This document shows, in pieces, positions 39,602-49,985 of a stretch of 64,000 bases of DNA (positions are counted from its first letter, which is position 1; every line of letters starts with the position of its first letter). The notes beneath the pieces were generated by a model that made no database searches, was not told where the DNA came from, and was given only the letters and a program-made list of their open reading frames with translations. Both the position numbers and the translations under genes were made by a program. Source of the stretch: Candidatus Levyibacteriota bacterium (lineage in GTDB: Bacteria; Patescibacteriota; Microgenomatia; Levybacterales; UBA12049). The stretch is from NCBI GenBank assembly GCA_016182185.1, contig JACOXU010000001.1, positions 274,915 through 338,914 on the forward strand, in the 5' to 3' direction.

Positions 39602-41278
39602 ATGGTCCTGCCCAATGAACAAGTAAACGATCTTTTGACCAAAGTCGGCGTTGATCAAAAAACCCTCAATGACCTTATAATCTTCACCGACAATGCCAAG
39701 ATCTCGCTTCAGGAAGCGGCAATTGAAAAAAATGTAATTACAGATGAAAAGCTGGGAATGTTGATTGCCGCTTCCCTTAAAATGCCCTTTATTTCTCTGT
39801 CAAAAGTCAGTATCCCTGAACCTGTCTTTCGTATCATCCCTGAAAGAATTGCAAGAAAATATAAGGTCCTTGCATTCGGCCGTGATGGCACCGGAATAAA
39901 ACTTGCTATGGCCAATCCCAAAGAAACCCAGCTTCAGGAAATGGTTATAAAAAAAACCGGACAAAAAATTGTTCCCTATTATGCAACTGAAAGAGACATT
40001 GAAAATTCAATGCAGCTTTATAAAAAAAACCTTCAAGAGCTATTCGATGACCTACTCCAGACCGAAGTTCCCACCAAAACTACCTCAGATGATGCCCCGA
40101 TTGTAAAAATGATCGAAATTTTAGTAACTCGCGCTTATCAAGATAAGGCATCAGATATTCATATAGAACCCCAGGAGAAAAATATTATAATCAGATTTAG
40201 AATTGACGGCATTTTGCACGATGTCTTAAGCCTTGAAAAAAGACATCATGACAGGATTGTTACTAGGATAAAAATACTTTCCAAATTAAGAACCGATGAG
40301 CACCTGAGCCCTCAGGATGGAAAAATGAGAATGCAGGTGGATGACGAAAACTTAGATATTAGAACTTCGATTATTCCAATTGCAGACGGAGAAAAAGTAG
40401 TGTTAAGACTTCTTTCCTCCCACTTTAGACAGTTCTCTTTGCAAGATCTTGGAATGAGTGATACAGATCTTAAAAAAATTAATAATGCAATCAATAAATC
40501 ATATGGAATGATTCTTTCAACCGGTCCTACAGGGTCTGGAAAAACAACTTTGATCTATTCGATACTTAAAATTTTAAACACCAGACAAAAAAACATTACT
40601 ACTATCGAAGATCCGGTTGAATACCGAATAAAAGCCGTCAACCAAATCCAGGTAAATACCAAAACAAAACTGACATTTGCTAACGGATTAAGGTCTATTT
40701 TAAGACAGGATCCAGATATTATTTTTGTGGGGGAAATACGTGACAGCGAAACAGCGGGAATTGCTGTAAATGCCGCCCTTACAGGCCATCTGGTCCTTTC
40801 AACAATTCATACCACCAATGCTGCAACTGCACTTCCCAGGCTTATTGATATGGAGATTGAACCATTTTTGGTTGCTTCAACTGTTGATATTATTGTTGCA
40901 CAGAGACTCGTGAGACGAATCTGCGAATCTTGTAAGATAAAGGCTTTGGCGAAACGAAGCGACCTTCTTAAAAATTTTCCGGAAAAAAGCATTACTAAGT
41001 ATTTCGGTTCGCAGGACAACATCAAGGTGATGCAGGGACAAGGATGTAAGATGTGTCACTACACGGGCTTTTCAGGTCGAATAGGCATTTTTGAAGTAAT
41101 AGACGTCTCAAACACGGTTAGAAAACTTATAACACAAAAGAGTGATTCAGATGTGATAAATAAAGCGGCTATTGAAGAAGGTATGACAACTATGCTTGAG
41201 GACGGACTCGAAAAAGTAGCAAAAGGAGTAACAACAATAAGTGAAGTACTAAGGGTTACCAAAGTAGAATCTGCATGA
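39602..41278 (+). CDS. pilB: Type IV pilus / T2SS assembly ATPase (PilB/GspE)
   Basis: ASDIHIEP, RFRIDG, GPTGSGKTT, TIEDPVE, LRQDPD..VGEIRD, CxxC...CxxC. Start set to ATG 39602. Confidence 0.92.
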   Translation: MVLPNEQVNDLLTKVGVDQKTLNDLIIFTDNAKISLQEAAIEKNVITDEKLGMLIAASLKMPFISLSKVSIPEPVFRIIPERIARKYKVLAFGRDGTGIKLAMANPKETQLQEMVIKKTGQKIVPYYATERDIENSMQLYKKNLQELFDDLLQTEVPTKTTSDDAPIVKMIEILVTRAYQDKASDIHIEPQEKNIIIRFRIDGILHDVLSLEKRHHDRIVTRIKILSKLRTDEHLSPQDGKMRMQVDDENLDIRTSIIPIADGEKVVLRLLSSHFRQFSLQDLGMSDTDLKKINNAINKSYGMILSTGPTGSGKTTLIYSILKILNTRQKNITTIEDPVEYRIKAVNQIQVNTKTKLTFANGLRSILRQDPDIIFVGEIRDSETAGIAVNAALTGHLVLSTIHTTNAATALPRLIDMEIEPFLVASTVDIIVAQRLVRRICESCKIKALAKRSDLLKNFPEKSITKYFGSQDNIKVMQGQGCKMCHYTGFSGRIGIFEVIDVSNTVRKLITQKSDSDVINKAAIEEGMTTMLEDGLEKVAKGVTTISEVLRVTKVESA

Positions 41279-42321
41279 GTAGTCTAACGCTTTCCGGAAA
41301 TGATAAATTAGGCCTTATCAGTAACCTTGCTACGATGATCGCAGCAGGTATTCCCATACTTGAAACTATTGATTCATTACTCGAAGACGCAAAAGGAAAT
41401 ACAAAAAAAATCCTTGAAAAAGTTCGAGAGGACCTGACTCAAGGAAGATATTTGTATAGTTCATTTGCAAACTTTCCGAATGTTTTTGATAAGGTAAGTG
41501 TAAATATAATTAAGGCAGCTGAGGAGGCAGGAACTTTGGACGTAACTCTTAAAGACTTGAAGGAGCTTATCAAAAAAGAACTTGAGTTTGCCGATGAAAT
41601 AAAAGGCGCCCTTTCCTATCCTGTTTTGATTATTATTGTATTTGTAATAATTCTATTTCTTATACTCGTTGTAGTTATCCCTAAGATTTCTGTGGTATTT
41701 CTGCAGCTTGGAGTTTCTCTTCCTCTTCCGACAAAAGTTCTGATTTATTTGTCTAATCTGTTAACCAAAAATACACTCCCCGTCATGGGGATAATTATAC
41801 TTTTTCTCGCCGGGTTGTTTTTCATTTATAAATTTAAAAAGGAATGGTTTCATTCGATCCTATACTCATTGCCTATTGTCTCTGGACTTATTAACTATAT
41901 TGATCTTATACGCTTCTCAAGAAGTATGAATTTACTGCTTTCTTCAGGAATCACCATTACAACAGCACTTGAATTTGCAGAAGATGTTGTAGTAAAGAAA
42001 GATATGGTCAAAGCAATTCATGCAACTAGAAAATCTATACTTGTAGGAAAAGATCTTTCAGATGGATTCAAAGAAAATAAAAAAATTTTTCCAAGTATTA
42101 TGATAAAAATTATTGAAGCAGGCGAAAAAACAGGAACTCTTGAAACATCCATGCAGGACATTTCAGACTATCTTAATTATCAAATAACCAACAAGCTTAA
42201 AACTCTTACAACTCTTCTTGAACCAATAATGCTTATCGTTATTGGCGTGATGGTTGGAGGAATGATGTTGTCAATTTTCGGTCCGATGTATGGATTAATA
42301 ACCAACATTGGCGGCCGATAA
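41275..42321 (+). CDS. pilC: Type IV pilus platform protein (PilC/GspF)
   Basis: 348 aa; AAEEAGTL, ALSYP, AGEKTGTLE, LLEP; 3 TM. Confidence 0.9.
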   Translation: MSSLTLSGNDKLGLISNLATMIAAGIPILETIDSLLEDAKGNTKKILEKVREDLTQGRYLYSSFANFPNVFDKVSVNIIKAAEEAGTLDVTLKDLKELIKKELEFADEIKGALSYPVLIIIVFVIILFLILVVVIPKISVVFLQLGVSLPLPTKVLIYLSNLLTKNTLPVMGIIILFLAGLFFIYKFKKEWFHSILYSLPIVSGLINYIDLIRFSRSMNLLLSSGITITTALEFAEDVVVKKDMVKAIHATRKSILVGKDLSDGFKENKKIFPSIMIKIIEAGEKTGTLETSMQDISDYLNYQITNKLKTLTTLLEPIMLIVIGVMVGGMMLSIFGPMYGLITNIGGR

Positions 42322-42323
42322 CT

Positions 42324-42812
42324 ATGGTATCTTCAAAGCAAAAGGGATTTACCTTATTAGAAATTCTAATCAGTCTAACAATATTTGCTACTCTATTAGG
42401 CTTTGCTACGGTAAGCTTCTTAAACACTCGACAGACGAGTTCAATTAACAGTTCTTTAGAAAAGATAGTCTCAGACATAAAGAGCCAGCAGCTTAAAGCA
42501 ATGGCAGGCTCATCCGATGGGGGTGAAAGCGGTTCAAGTTACGGAATCTATTTTGCGGTAAGTAGCTACACTCTTTTTCGGGGAAGTTCATACAATCCTT
42601 CAGATTCAACAAATTTAACTATTGACTTAAATGAAAATATCAATATGACCAGCATTCTACTGCCTAGCAATTCGGTTGTCTTCTCCCAGCAAAGCGGAGA
42701 GATCTTAGGTTTTGACAGTAATAATAATTCCATAACTCTTAAAAATATTTCAGCAAATGAACAAAAAACCATTACCATCAATCGATATGGTGCAACTTCA
42801 TTATCGCCTTAA
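42324..42812 (+). CDS. Prepilin (class III signal peptide)
   Basis: KQKG^FTLLEILI followed by a hydrophobic helix. Confidence 0.88.
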   Translation: MVSSKQKGFTLLEILISLTIFATLLGFATVSFLNTRQTSSINSSLEKIVSDIKSQQLKAMAGSSDGGESGSSYGIYFAVSSYTLFRGSSYNPSDSTNLTIDLNENINMTSILLPSNSVVFSQQSGEILGFDSNNNSITLKNISANEQKTITINRYGATSLSP

Positions 42813-42816
42813 TTTA

Positions 42817-44745
42817 ATGAAAAATCGATTTTTTGAAAAGGGTCAATTTATAATAGAACTTCTTATAACCATAGGTCTTACTTCAATGATTCTTCCTGCC
42901 ATTCTCACGGGTTTTTTTGCTGTAAGATCAGGAAGCATCAATCAGGATCAAAAAATTCAAGCGATATCTTACCTTAAAGAGGCGGCAGAAGCTGTTCGAA
43001 TTGTACGTGATGCAGATTGGGCTCAAATTGCGACAAACGGAACCTTTCATCCAGTAGTGTCTGGTTCATCCTGGTCACTTGTATCCGGGAGTGAAACACT
43101 AAGTCCTTATAACCTTACTCGGCAAATTGTAATTAGTGATACCTATCGGGATTCAAACGGTGCTATAGTCACAAGTGGAGGAACCCAAGATCCCTCGACT
43201 AAGAAAATTACTATTACTGTTTCGTGGAATAATCCTCTTCTTTCATCCGTTGAATCTATAATGTATTTAACTCGTTATCATGAAAATGCTTCATTTATTC
43301 AATCATCGGAAACTGATTTTAATTCGGGAACTTTATCAAGCACTGTAGTAACAAATACAGATGGCGGGGAGATTACTTTGGGGGCTGGGGGAAGCGGGAG
43401 TTGGTGCAGTCCGAATTTATCAATAACTGCTCTTGATCTTCCCAAAAATGGAGTTGCAAATGCAGTATCGGCCATCGAGGGCGGTGCTTTTACGGGAACC
43501 GGAGAAAATGCATCCGGGGTTTCATTTGCAAATGTATCAATAAGTAATACCAATCCTCCAGTAGCAAGTATTTTAGGAACTTTTGACGGATACAAAACTA
43601 ATGGGGTTTTTGGCGAAACAAACTATGCATATCTTGCTACTGATACCGGATCAAAAGAAATCGTAATCATCGACCTGACTCAATTAACAAACGGGAAATA
43701 TGCAGAAGCCGGATATTTTAATGCTCCGGGAAACGGCAGGGGAGAAAGTATTTTTGTCTCAGACAATATAGGCTACATGAATGACGGAAATAAATTATAC
43801 ACATTTGATCTCTCAAGTAAGTCCGGTTCAAGACCACAGTTGGGAAACGTTACGCTCGCCGCAACCGGAAGCAAGGTTGTTGTTATGGGAAATTATGCGT
43901 ATGTTGCTATCGCCGGTGCCGCACAAGAGCTTCAAATTATCCAAGTCAGCAATGGAGGACGAACTTTATCTATAGTTGGATCGGCAGATGTAAACGGTCA
44001 GGCCGCATTTGATGTCTTTGTTAATTCAACTGCTACCCGAGCTTATCTTGCAACAGGAGCCTCCTCATCCCAAAGAGAATTATTCATTGTGGATATCTCA
44101 ACCAAGACTGGAAGTAGACCAAGTATAGGAAACTACGATTCGAATGGCATGAATCCAAGAGGAATTACTGTTGTTCCCGGCAACAAAGCAATTCTAGCTG
44201 GGAGCGGGGGTCAGGAGTATCAAGTTATAGATATAACCAATGAAGCAAATCCCGTAGAATGCGGAGGTCTTCAGATCGACACGGGAGTACGGGGAGTCTC
44301 AGGAGTCACCGAACAAGACGGTGATGCCTATGCATATATAGTTACTGGAGATGCGACCACAGAATTTAAGATAATTGAAGGCGGACCGGGCGGACAATAT
44401 TCAAGTTCTGGAACATTCACCTCAGCTGCCTTTGATGCAGGTTCAACTGTAACCTACAATCGATTTATTCCGACATTTTCACAACCCAGTCAGACAAACA
44501 TTCAGTTTCAAGTTGCAGTGGCCGATGCCGTAAACGGATCATGCACCGATTCAACCTATTATTTTGTCGGACCGGATGGAGCCTCCAACACTTATTTTTC
44601 CCAAGAAGGTCCAATTCCGCTTCTTACCAACGAGCAGGGTTACAAAAATCCAGGAAGATGCATAAAATATAAAGCGTATTTGTCAACTACTGATTTAAGC
44701 CAGGCGCCCATCCTATACGATGTAAGCTTTAACTATTCACCATGA
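42817..44745 (+). CDS. Large minor pilin fused to an LVIVD-like beta-propeller (putative adhesin)
   Basis: Start moved to ATG 42817 (MKNRFFEKG^QFIIELLI); repeated YAY(L/V)A...EL.I(I/V)D(I/L)S blades; Ser/Thr/Gly-rich. Confidence 0.8.
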   Translation: MKNRFFEKGQFIIELLITIGLTSMILPAILTGFFAVRSGSINQDQKIQAISYLKEAAEAVRIVRDADWAQIATNGTFHPVVSGSSWSLVSGSETLSPYNLTRQIVISDTYRDSNGAIVTSGGTQDPSTKKITITVSWNNPLLSSVESIMYLTRYHENASFIQSSETDFNSGTLSSTVVTNTDGGEITLGAGGSGSWCSPNLSITALDLPKNGVANAVSAIEGGAFTGTGENASGVSFANVSISNTNPPVASILGTFDGYKTNGVFGETNYAYLATDTGSKEIVIIDLTQLTNGKYAEAGYFNAPGNGRGESIFVSDNIGYMNDGNKLYTFDLSSKSGSRPQLGNVTLAATGSKVVVMGNYAYVAIAGAAQELQIIQVSNGGRTLSIVGSADVNGQAAFDVFVNSTATRAYLATGASSSQRELFIVDISTKTGSRPSIGNYDSNGMNPRGITVVPGNKAILAGSGGQEYQVIDITNEANPVECGGLQIDTGVRGVSGVTEQDGDAYAYIVTGDATTEFKIIEGGPGGQYSSSGTFTSAAFDAGSTVTYNRFIPTFSQPSQTNIQFQVAVADAVNGSCTDSTYYFVGPDGASNTYFSQEGPIPLLTNEQGYKNPGRCIKYKAYLSTTDLSQAPILYDVSFNYSP

Positions 44746-45239
44746 TAAAAAACAAAATAAAACAAAAGGGATCGTCATTTATAGAAATCATTTTATATAT
44801 GGCTATTTTTTCAATGCTTTTGGTAATTCTGCTTCAGATGTTTACTTCAATTATTGACATCCAGCTTGAATCCCAAACTAGATCAAGTGTGCTTCAGGAT
44901 GAAAGATTTATCCTTCAGAGATTAACTTTTGATATAAGGCGTGCCCAGAGCATAAATATTCCCGCAGCACCCGGAGAGCAAGGATCCACACTGCAGCTTG
45001 TTATTGATGGAATAAACTATACTTATAGTTTGGATGGAAATGATTTGACTCTTAATAATAATTTGGGTACTGATTCTATAAATAGTTCCGAAACAGCAGT
45101 TTCAAGCATCAATTTCACAAGACTCGGAGAAGCAAGCGGCAAAAACAGTCTTCAGGCCTTATTCACTCTGACGAGTAATGCAAAGAGAAGATCAGGGCCG
45201 GAGCAGGAAGTGTTCAGCGCAACGATTGGAACAAGATGA
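44742..45239 (+). CDS. Minor pilin (PilW/GspJ-like)
   Basis: KQKG^SSFIEIILY, followed by R...DIRRA. Confidence 0.8.
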   Translation: MIKNKIKQKGSSFIEIILYMAIFSMLLVILLQMFTSIIDIQLESQTRSSVLQDERFILQRLTFDIRRAQSINIPAAPGEQGSTLQLVIDGINYTYSLDGNDLTLNNNLGTDSINSSETAVSSINFTRLGEASGKNSLQALFTLTSNAKRRSGPEQEVFSATIGTR

Positions 45240-45619
45240 AAAAGAGAATTCAAGAACGCGGACAAGCATTGATAACATTTCTGTATATTATGATTATTGG
45301 CATGACCATCTCTTCGGCCTCGGCGGTAATTATGTTGATAAATTTAATGGGAGGGGGAACAATGGAAAGAGGGGAAATTACTTATTATATTGCAGAATCA
45401 GGAATTGAAAATGCAATTCTTAAGCTCTTACGCGATCCTGATTATTCGGGTGAAACTTTGAGTGTGGGTGGAGGAAACGTAACTACGGAAATAACGAGCC
45501 AAAACCCCCTAACAATTGTTGCCACCGGAAGATATAATAATATAGTACGCAAGATTGAAGTACAGACGTTGTATAATAATAATGTATTAACAATTTCATC
45601 ATGGAGGGAAATTAATTAA
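45236..45619 (+). CDS. Minor pilin (PilX/GspK-like)
   Basis: ERG^QALITFL without Glu5; YYIAESGIE.A; ends SWREIN. Confidence 0.78.
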   Translation: MKKRIQERGQALITFLYIMIIGMTISSASAVIMLINLMGGGTMERGEITYYIAESGIENAILKLLRDPDYSGETLSVGGGNVTTEITSQNPLTIVATGRYNNIVRKIEVQTLYNNNVLTISSWREIN

Positions 45620-46282
45620 ATGGATTTTTCCGCAAAACAATCAGGAATTTTTTATATTGAAAGGGTAAGAGCCTTCTATTATGACAACAGTCTTTCATCT
45701 CCTCTTAAAATAGAATTTCCCGAAGATGTATTTATCCATTCTGAAGTTATAGACAGAAAAAAATTTTATGTCTTGATTCATGATTTTCTTGTAAAAAACA
45801 AGATAAATTATCATAAGGTTATCTATATAATCCTTTCGCCTCAAATTACTTTCGAAAAAGATTTCGATAAGAAAACCGTTATTTCGGAAGCTGAATTTGC
45901 GGAATTACAAGATATGATTCCGTTTGAGGAAGTAATTAATAAAGAATATCGTCTAGGTAATAAGATAAAAATTGTAAACGCCAATAAACATTTGTGTAAT
46001 GTATTATTTGGTATTTTTGAAGAGGGTAAATTTCTGGTGGGGGGAATTACTCCCCTTTCTATTTTGAAAGAGTTAGTTTCAGGGCTTGACAAAAATCTTA
46101 ATTTAGATCTTCTTATCGGTAAAACTGAACTTTTAAGATCCTACAGTTTATTTGATGTAGAAGATCCAAGTGCTGCAAATCAATCCAGGAAAAAGAACGC
46201 TTTAAATATCCGCTATATAATTTTACTGGGAATTCTTGGCTCCTTAATAATTCTTCTGACCGCGCTTCTACTTCTTCGATAA
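45620..46282 (+). CDS. Hypothetical membrane-anchored protein, possibly a PilM/PilN-like accessory
   Basis: 220 aa with a C-terminal TM; abuts the pilin operon; weak resemblance only (MIPFE). Confidence 0.5.
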   Translation: MDFSAKQSGIFYIERVRAFYYDNSLSSPLKIEFPEDVFIHSEVIDRKKFYVLIHDFLVKNKINYHKVIYIILSPQITFEKDFDKKTVISEAEFAELQDMIPFEEVINKEYRLGNKIKIVNANKHLCNVLFGIFEEGKFLVGGITPLSILKELVSGLDKNLNLDLLIGKTELLRSYSLFDVEDPSAANQSRKKNALNIRYIILLGILGSLIILLTALLLLR

Positions 46283-46311
46283 TAGCTGGTTAAGAGGGTC
46301 AAAATAGGATT

Positions 46312-48690
46312 TTAGTCAACTTGATATGGGGAGGGGGCGTGAAGAACAGGACGCGGAGGAGTTTGGGCCTCATGTTCTTTTACGCGTTGCAATTGTTTTA
46401 CTAAGGCAATATTTAATACCTCATCCATATGATTTACAAAAACAAATTTCAAATCCTTCAATACTTCTTTAGGCACATCCTCAAGGTCTTTCTTGTTGTC
46501 TTTTGGCAGAACCACAGTCTTAAGCCCTGCACGGTGAGCCGCAATTACCTTTTCCTTTACTCCGCCAATTTCAAGCACTCTTCCTCTTAGAGTCACTTCT
46601 CCAGTCATCCCAACTTTTCTATTCACGGGGATTCTGGTCAGGGCCGACACGATTGCAGTTGTTATGGCAATTCCCGCAGACGGTCCGTCCTTGGGAACTG
46701 CTCCTTCTGGAACGTGCACATGGACATCAATTTTCTGATAAAACTTTTCAGGAAGACCTAATAGTCTTGCTCTTGCTCTTATGTAAGACATGGCTGCCTG
46801 ACAAGATTCTTTCATAACTTCACCAAGTTGTCCGGTGAGAATTAAATTCCCCTTCCCCGGCATGAGCGCCACTTCTATAAACAGTATGTCTCCTCCTGCC
46901 TCAGTCCAGGCAAGCCCAGTAGACATTCCTATCTCATCCTTTTTCTCAAGAATATTTGACCTTATCTTAATCGGTCCCAAGAATTTTGGTACATTTTTTT
47001 CAGTTACGATAACTTTTTTTTCTTTTCCTTCTGCAATCATTTTGGCAATCTTACGGAATATCTTTGCGATCTGTCGTTCAAGACTTCTTACCCCTGCTTC
47101 TCTTGTATAGTGCTGAATTATAAATCTTATTGCCTCATCTTTTATTTCAGATGTCTTTTCCGATAACCCGTGGCTTTCCATTTGCTTCTTCATCAAGAAA
47201 TTCTTGGCAATTTTAAATTTCTCAAATTGTGTATATCCGGCAAAGTGAATTATCTCAAGTCTATCTCGAAGTGCAGGAGGAATAGTATCAAGCACATTTG
47301 CAGTCGTGACAAACATAACGTCAGAAAGATCAAAGGGAACTTCAAGGTAATGATCCGAAAATTGATTATTTTGCTCAGGATCCAATGCCTCAAGAAGAGC
47401 AGACGATGGATCGCCTCTAAAATCTGTCCCGACCTTGTCTATCTCGTCCAGCATAAACACCGGGTTTTTCGTGCCTGAATCTTTTATGCCTTGGATTATT
47501 CTTCCAGGCAGTGCGCCGACATAAGTTCTCCTGTGTCCTCTTATTTCTGCCTCATCACGAATTCCGCCAAGTGAAACCCGGATAAACTTTCTGCTAAGAG
47601 ATCTTGCGATTGATTTTCCGATCGATGTTTTTCCTACTCCGGGCGGTCCGACAAAACAAAGAATAGGACCCTTCATTTTTCCTGCTAATTTGTGGACTGC
47701 CAAATATTCAACGATTCTTTCTTTTACCTTCTCAAGTCCATAGTGGTCTTCATCAAGAATCTTCTCAGCAGACTTAATATCAATATTGCTCTTACTTTCA
47801 AGACTCCAAGGAAGACTTATCAGCCAATCCAAATAATTCCTGATATAACCTGCCTCAGGATTAAATTGATTCATCTGTCTTAATTTTCTTAATTCTTTTC
47901 TGGCTTTTTCTTCCACGTCTTCGGGCATTCCTGCCTTTTTGATTTTTTCAGAAAGCTCTCTTATTTCACTGTCTTCATCGCTTTGACCAAGCTCTTTTTC
48001 GATGGTTTTGAGCCTTTCTCTAAGAAGCGCCTCTCTTGCACCTTTTTCAAATCTTTCTTGAGTTTTTGAAGAAAGTTTCCTTTCAATCTCCAAAATTTTT
48101 ATTTCCTTGGTAAGAAAATCAGAAACTTTTCCAAGTCTTATCTTTGCACGTGTCTCTTCAAGCATTTCCTGCTTATCTTGAGGCTTAATATCCAAAACTG
48201 AGGCAATAAGATCTGACAATTCAGAAGGGGAGTTGTCTGACATTATATTCATAAAGGTTAGAAAATCTACAGACTTTCCCAAATTTATGGCTTTTCTGAA
48301 TTGATTTGTTACGTGATTACAGAGCGCTTTAACTTCGGCAGAATCGTCAGTTATCTCAGGCATTTCTACAACTTTGGCTACCAGAAATTGATCGTGCTCC
48401 TCATAGGAAATAATCTTGACTCTTGATATTCCCTTAACTTGAGCATTTATCTCTCCATCTGTCCTTATCATTCTCTCAATTCGGGAAAGTGTACCAATAT
48501 CGTATAAGTCTTCGGAAGTAGGTTCATTTAACTTTGAGTTTCTTTGAAGAACAAAACAAACGATTCTTTCATGCTGAAATGAACTCTCTAGCGCGGCCAG
48601 GCTTTTGGGTCTCCCAAACGTAAGAACAGAATCTATATTGGGGAAAATTATTCCGTCTCTGATCGGTATAACTGGTACAAGTTTTTCCAT
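46312..48690 (-). CDS. lon: ATP-dependent Lon protease
   Basis: 792 aa; [30 protein letters not shown], catalytic Lys in GGVKEK. Confidence 0.97.
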   Translation of the reverse strand: MEKLVPVIPIRDGIIFPNIDSVLTFGRPKSLAALESSFQHERIVCFVLQRNSKLNEPTSEDLYDIGTLSRIERMIRTDGEINAQVKGISRVKIISYEEHDQFLVAKVVEMPEITDDSAEVKALCNHVTNQFRKAINLGKSVDFLTFMNIMSDNSPSELSDLIASVLDIKPQDKQEMLEETRAKIRLGKVSDFLTKEIKILEIERKLSSKTQERFEKGAREALLRERLKTIEKELGQSDEDSEIRELSEKIKKAGMPEDVEEKARKELRKLRQMNQFNPEAGYIRNYLDWLISLPWSLESKSNIDIKSAEKILDEDHYGLEKVKERIVEYLAVHKLAGKMKGPILCFVGPPGVGKTSIGKSIARSLSRKFIRVSLGGIRDEAEIRGHRRTYVGALPGRIIQGIKDSGTKNPVFMLDEIDKVGTDFRGDPSSALLEALDPEQNNQFSDHYLEVPFDLSDVMFVTTANVLDTIPPALRDRLEIIHFAGYTQFEKFKIAKNFLMKKQMESHGLSEKTSEIKDEAIRFIIQHYTREAGVRSLERQIAKIFRKIAKMIAEGKEKKVIVTEKNVPKFLGPIKIRSNILEKKDEIGMSTGLAWTEAGGDILFIEVALMPGKGNLILTGQLGEVMKESCQAAMSYIRARARLLGLPEKFYQKIDVHVHVPEGAVPKDGPSAGIAITTAIVSALTRIPVNRKVGMTGEVTLRGRVLEIGGVKEKVIAAHRAGLKTVVLPKDNKKDLEDVPKEVLKDLKFVFVNHMDEVLNIALVKQLQRVKEHEAQTPPRPVLHAPSPYQVD

Positions 48691-48706
48691 ATTTCCTAGC
48701 GCAACA

Positions 48707-48740
48707 TTAGCACTCTATCAAAATATCTGCTAATTGTCAA
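48707..48740 (-). promoter_or_regulatory. lon promoter overlapped by a CIRCE-like (HrcA) operator
   Basis: TTAGCACTC-N9-ATCTGCTAA at 48707-48733 (consensus TTAGCACTC-N9-GAGTGCTAA). Minus-strand TTGACA 48740-48735, 17-nt spacer, TGa-TAGAGT 48717-48712. Confidence 0.75.
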
Positions 48741-48758
48741 GACCCTGTAGTTTTGGGG

Positions 48759-48788
48759 TTGACAGCCTCATCTTAAGGCGCCTACAAT
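48759..48788 (+). promoter_or_regulatory. sigma70 promoter for the MgtE-domain/NRAMP pair
   Basis: TTGACA-N18-TACAAT, 9 nt before ATG 48798. Confidence 0.7.
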
Positions 48789-48797
48789 TAAAATAAC

Positions 48798-49985
48798 ATG
48801 ATCTATTTCAGCCAGCTGGTAAATAAAAATATATATTTTAATAAAAAGATTTTCGGCAAAATTATTGATGCGGCTGTGTTTGAGAACTATCCTATGCCCT
48901 CTTTATCAAAGATTGCCATCAAAAAGAATAATAAAAAGGTAACAATTACGCCTGAGGCTATTAATTTTTCTCACAAATTTCCTATCTTAAAGTCCGCACA
49001 TGCACCGCTTTTGCCCTTTGATGAAAAAGATTTCTATTTGAAAGAAGATCTTTTAGACAAACAGGTTATAGATATTGATGGAAAAAGGCTTGTCCGAGTA
49101 AATGACATAATTTTGGAGAGTAACGGTGAACTTAAGGTGATCGGGATCGATATAGGCCTGTCTGGAATCTTAAGAAGACTTGGAGTGGGAAAATTAGCAA
49201 AATTAAAAGATAGAGTCTTGCCATGGCAGATGATTGAGGCATTTGACTACGAAACTGGCAATATAAAAATAAAGTTAACTCAAAATAAATTAAATTCTCT
49301 CCATCCGGCAGAGCTTGCAGATATTCTTGAGGAACTCGGAACCAAAGAAAGACTTGGTATTATTGAAGTTTTAAACCCGGATACGGCTGCCAAAGCGATT
49401 GAGGAGGCAAATCCTGAAACGCAGGAGGCAATTCTTGAACAGTTGCCAACATCGCCTCTTAAAACAATCGTTGAAAAAATGCATTTGTCCGAGTTTGCCG
49501 ATATTTTTTATAAGATTAATCCTTTGAGAATCAGGGAAATTCTCGGTCTTTTGGGAATTGAAAAAGCAAGACGTGTAGAAAAACTTCTTGACTTTGGCAT
49601 GGATACGGCAGGAGGCATAATGACACTAGACTTTTATACAGTAAGCGGCGACAAAACTGCCAAAGAGATACTTATTGAGCTTTCCAATCTTAGTCATAAA
49701 CCCGAAGCCATATTAATTACAAACGGGCATGAGAAACTAATCGGCACTCTTCTTACAAAAGATCTTGTTAATTGCGACCAGCTGTCCGTTGTGAAAGACA
49801 TTGTAAGCGACAGAAAATTTACATATGCCAATATAGATTTCTCCCAAATCTTGAGAATCTTTTCTCAGTATCACTTAAGACTTCTTCCTGTCGTTGACAA
49901 GGAAAAAAAACCAATCGGAGTGATATCTATCGACTCTGTTCTGGGCAACATAGAAGAAAGACAAGAGGAAAATGAATCTATTTAG
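48798..49985 (+). CDS. Soluble MgtE-like protein (PRC-barrel, MgtE N-domain, CBS pair), no TM domain
   Basis: 395 aa; LLDKQVIDIDG..LVRVND, LHPAELADILEEL, TAGGIMT, LPVVD...GVISIDSV; no hydrophobic TM runs. Confidence 0.82.
   Translation: MIYFSQLVNKNIYFNKKIFGKIIDAAVFENYPMPSLSKIAIKKNNKKVTITPEAINFSHKFPILKSAHAPLLPFDEKDFYLKEDLLDKQVIDIDGKRLVRVNDIILESNGELKVIGIDIGLSGILRRLGVGKLAKLKDRVLPWQMIEAFDYETGNIKIKLTQNKLNSLHPAELADILEELGTKERLGIIEVLNPDTAAKAIEEANPETQEAILEQLPTSPLKTIVEKMHLSEFADIFYKINPLRIREILGLLGIEKARRVEKLLDFGMDTAGGIMTLDFYTVSGDKTAKEILIELSNLSHKPEAILITNGHEKLIGTLLTKDLVNCDQLSVVKDIVSDRKFTYANIDFSQILRIFSQYHLRLLPVVDKEKKPIGVISIDSVLGNIEERQEENESI

Noticed and set aside
39602-46282. Type II secretion system
   Set aside because: No secretin (GspD) or clear GspC/L/M genes are present; a type IV pilus-like system fits better, though the window alone cannot exclude T2SS.
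48741-48797. Mg2+ (M-box) or Mn2+ (yybP-ykoY) riboswitch ahead of the metal transporter pair
   Set aside because: The -10 box is only 9 nt from the ATG, leaving no room for a leader, and no consensus motifs are present.
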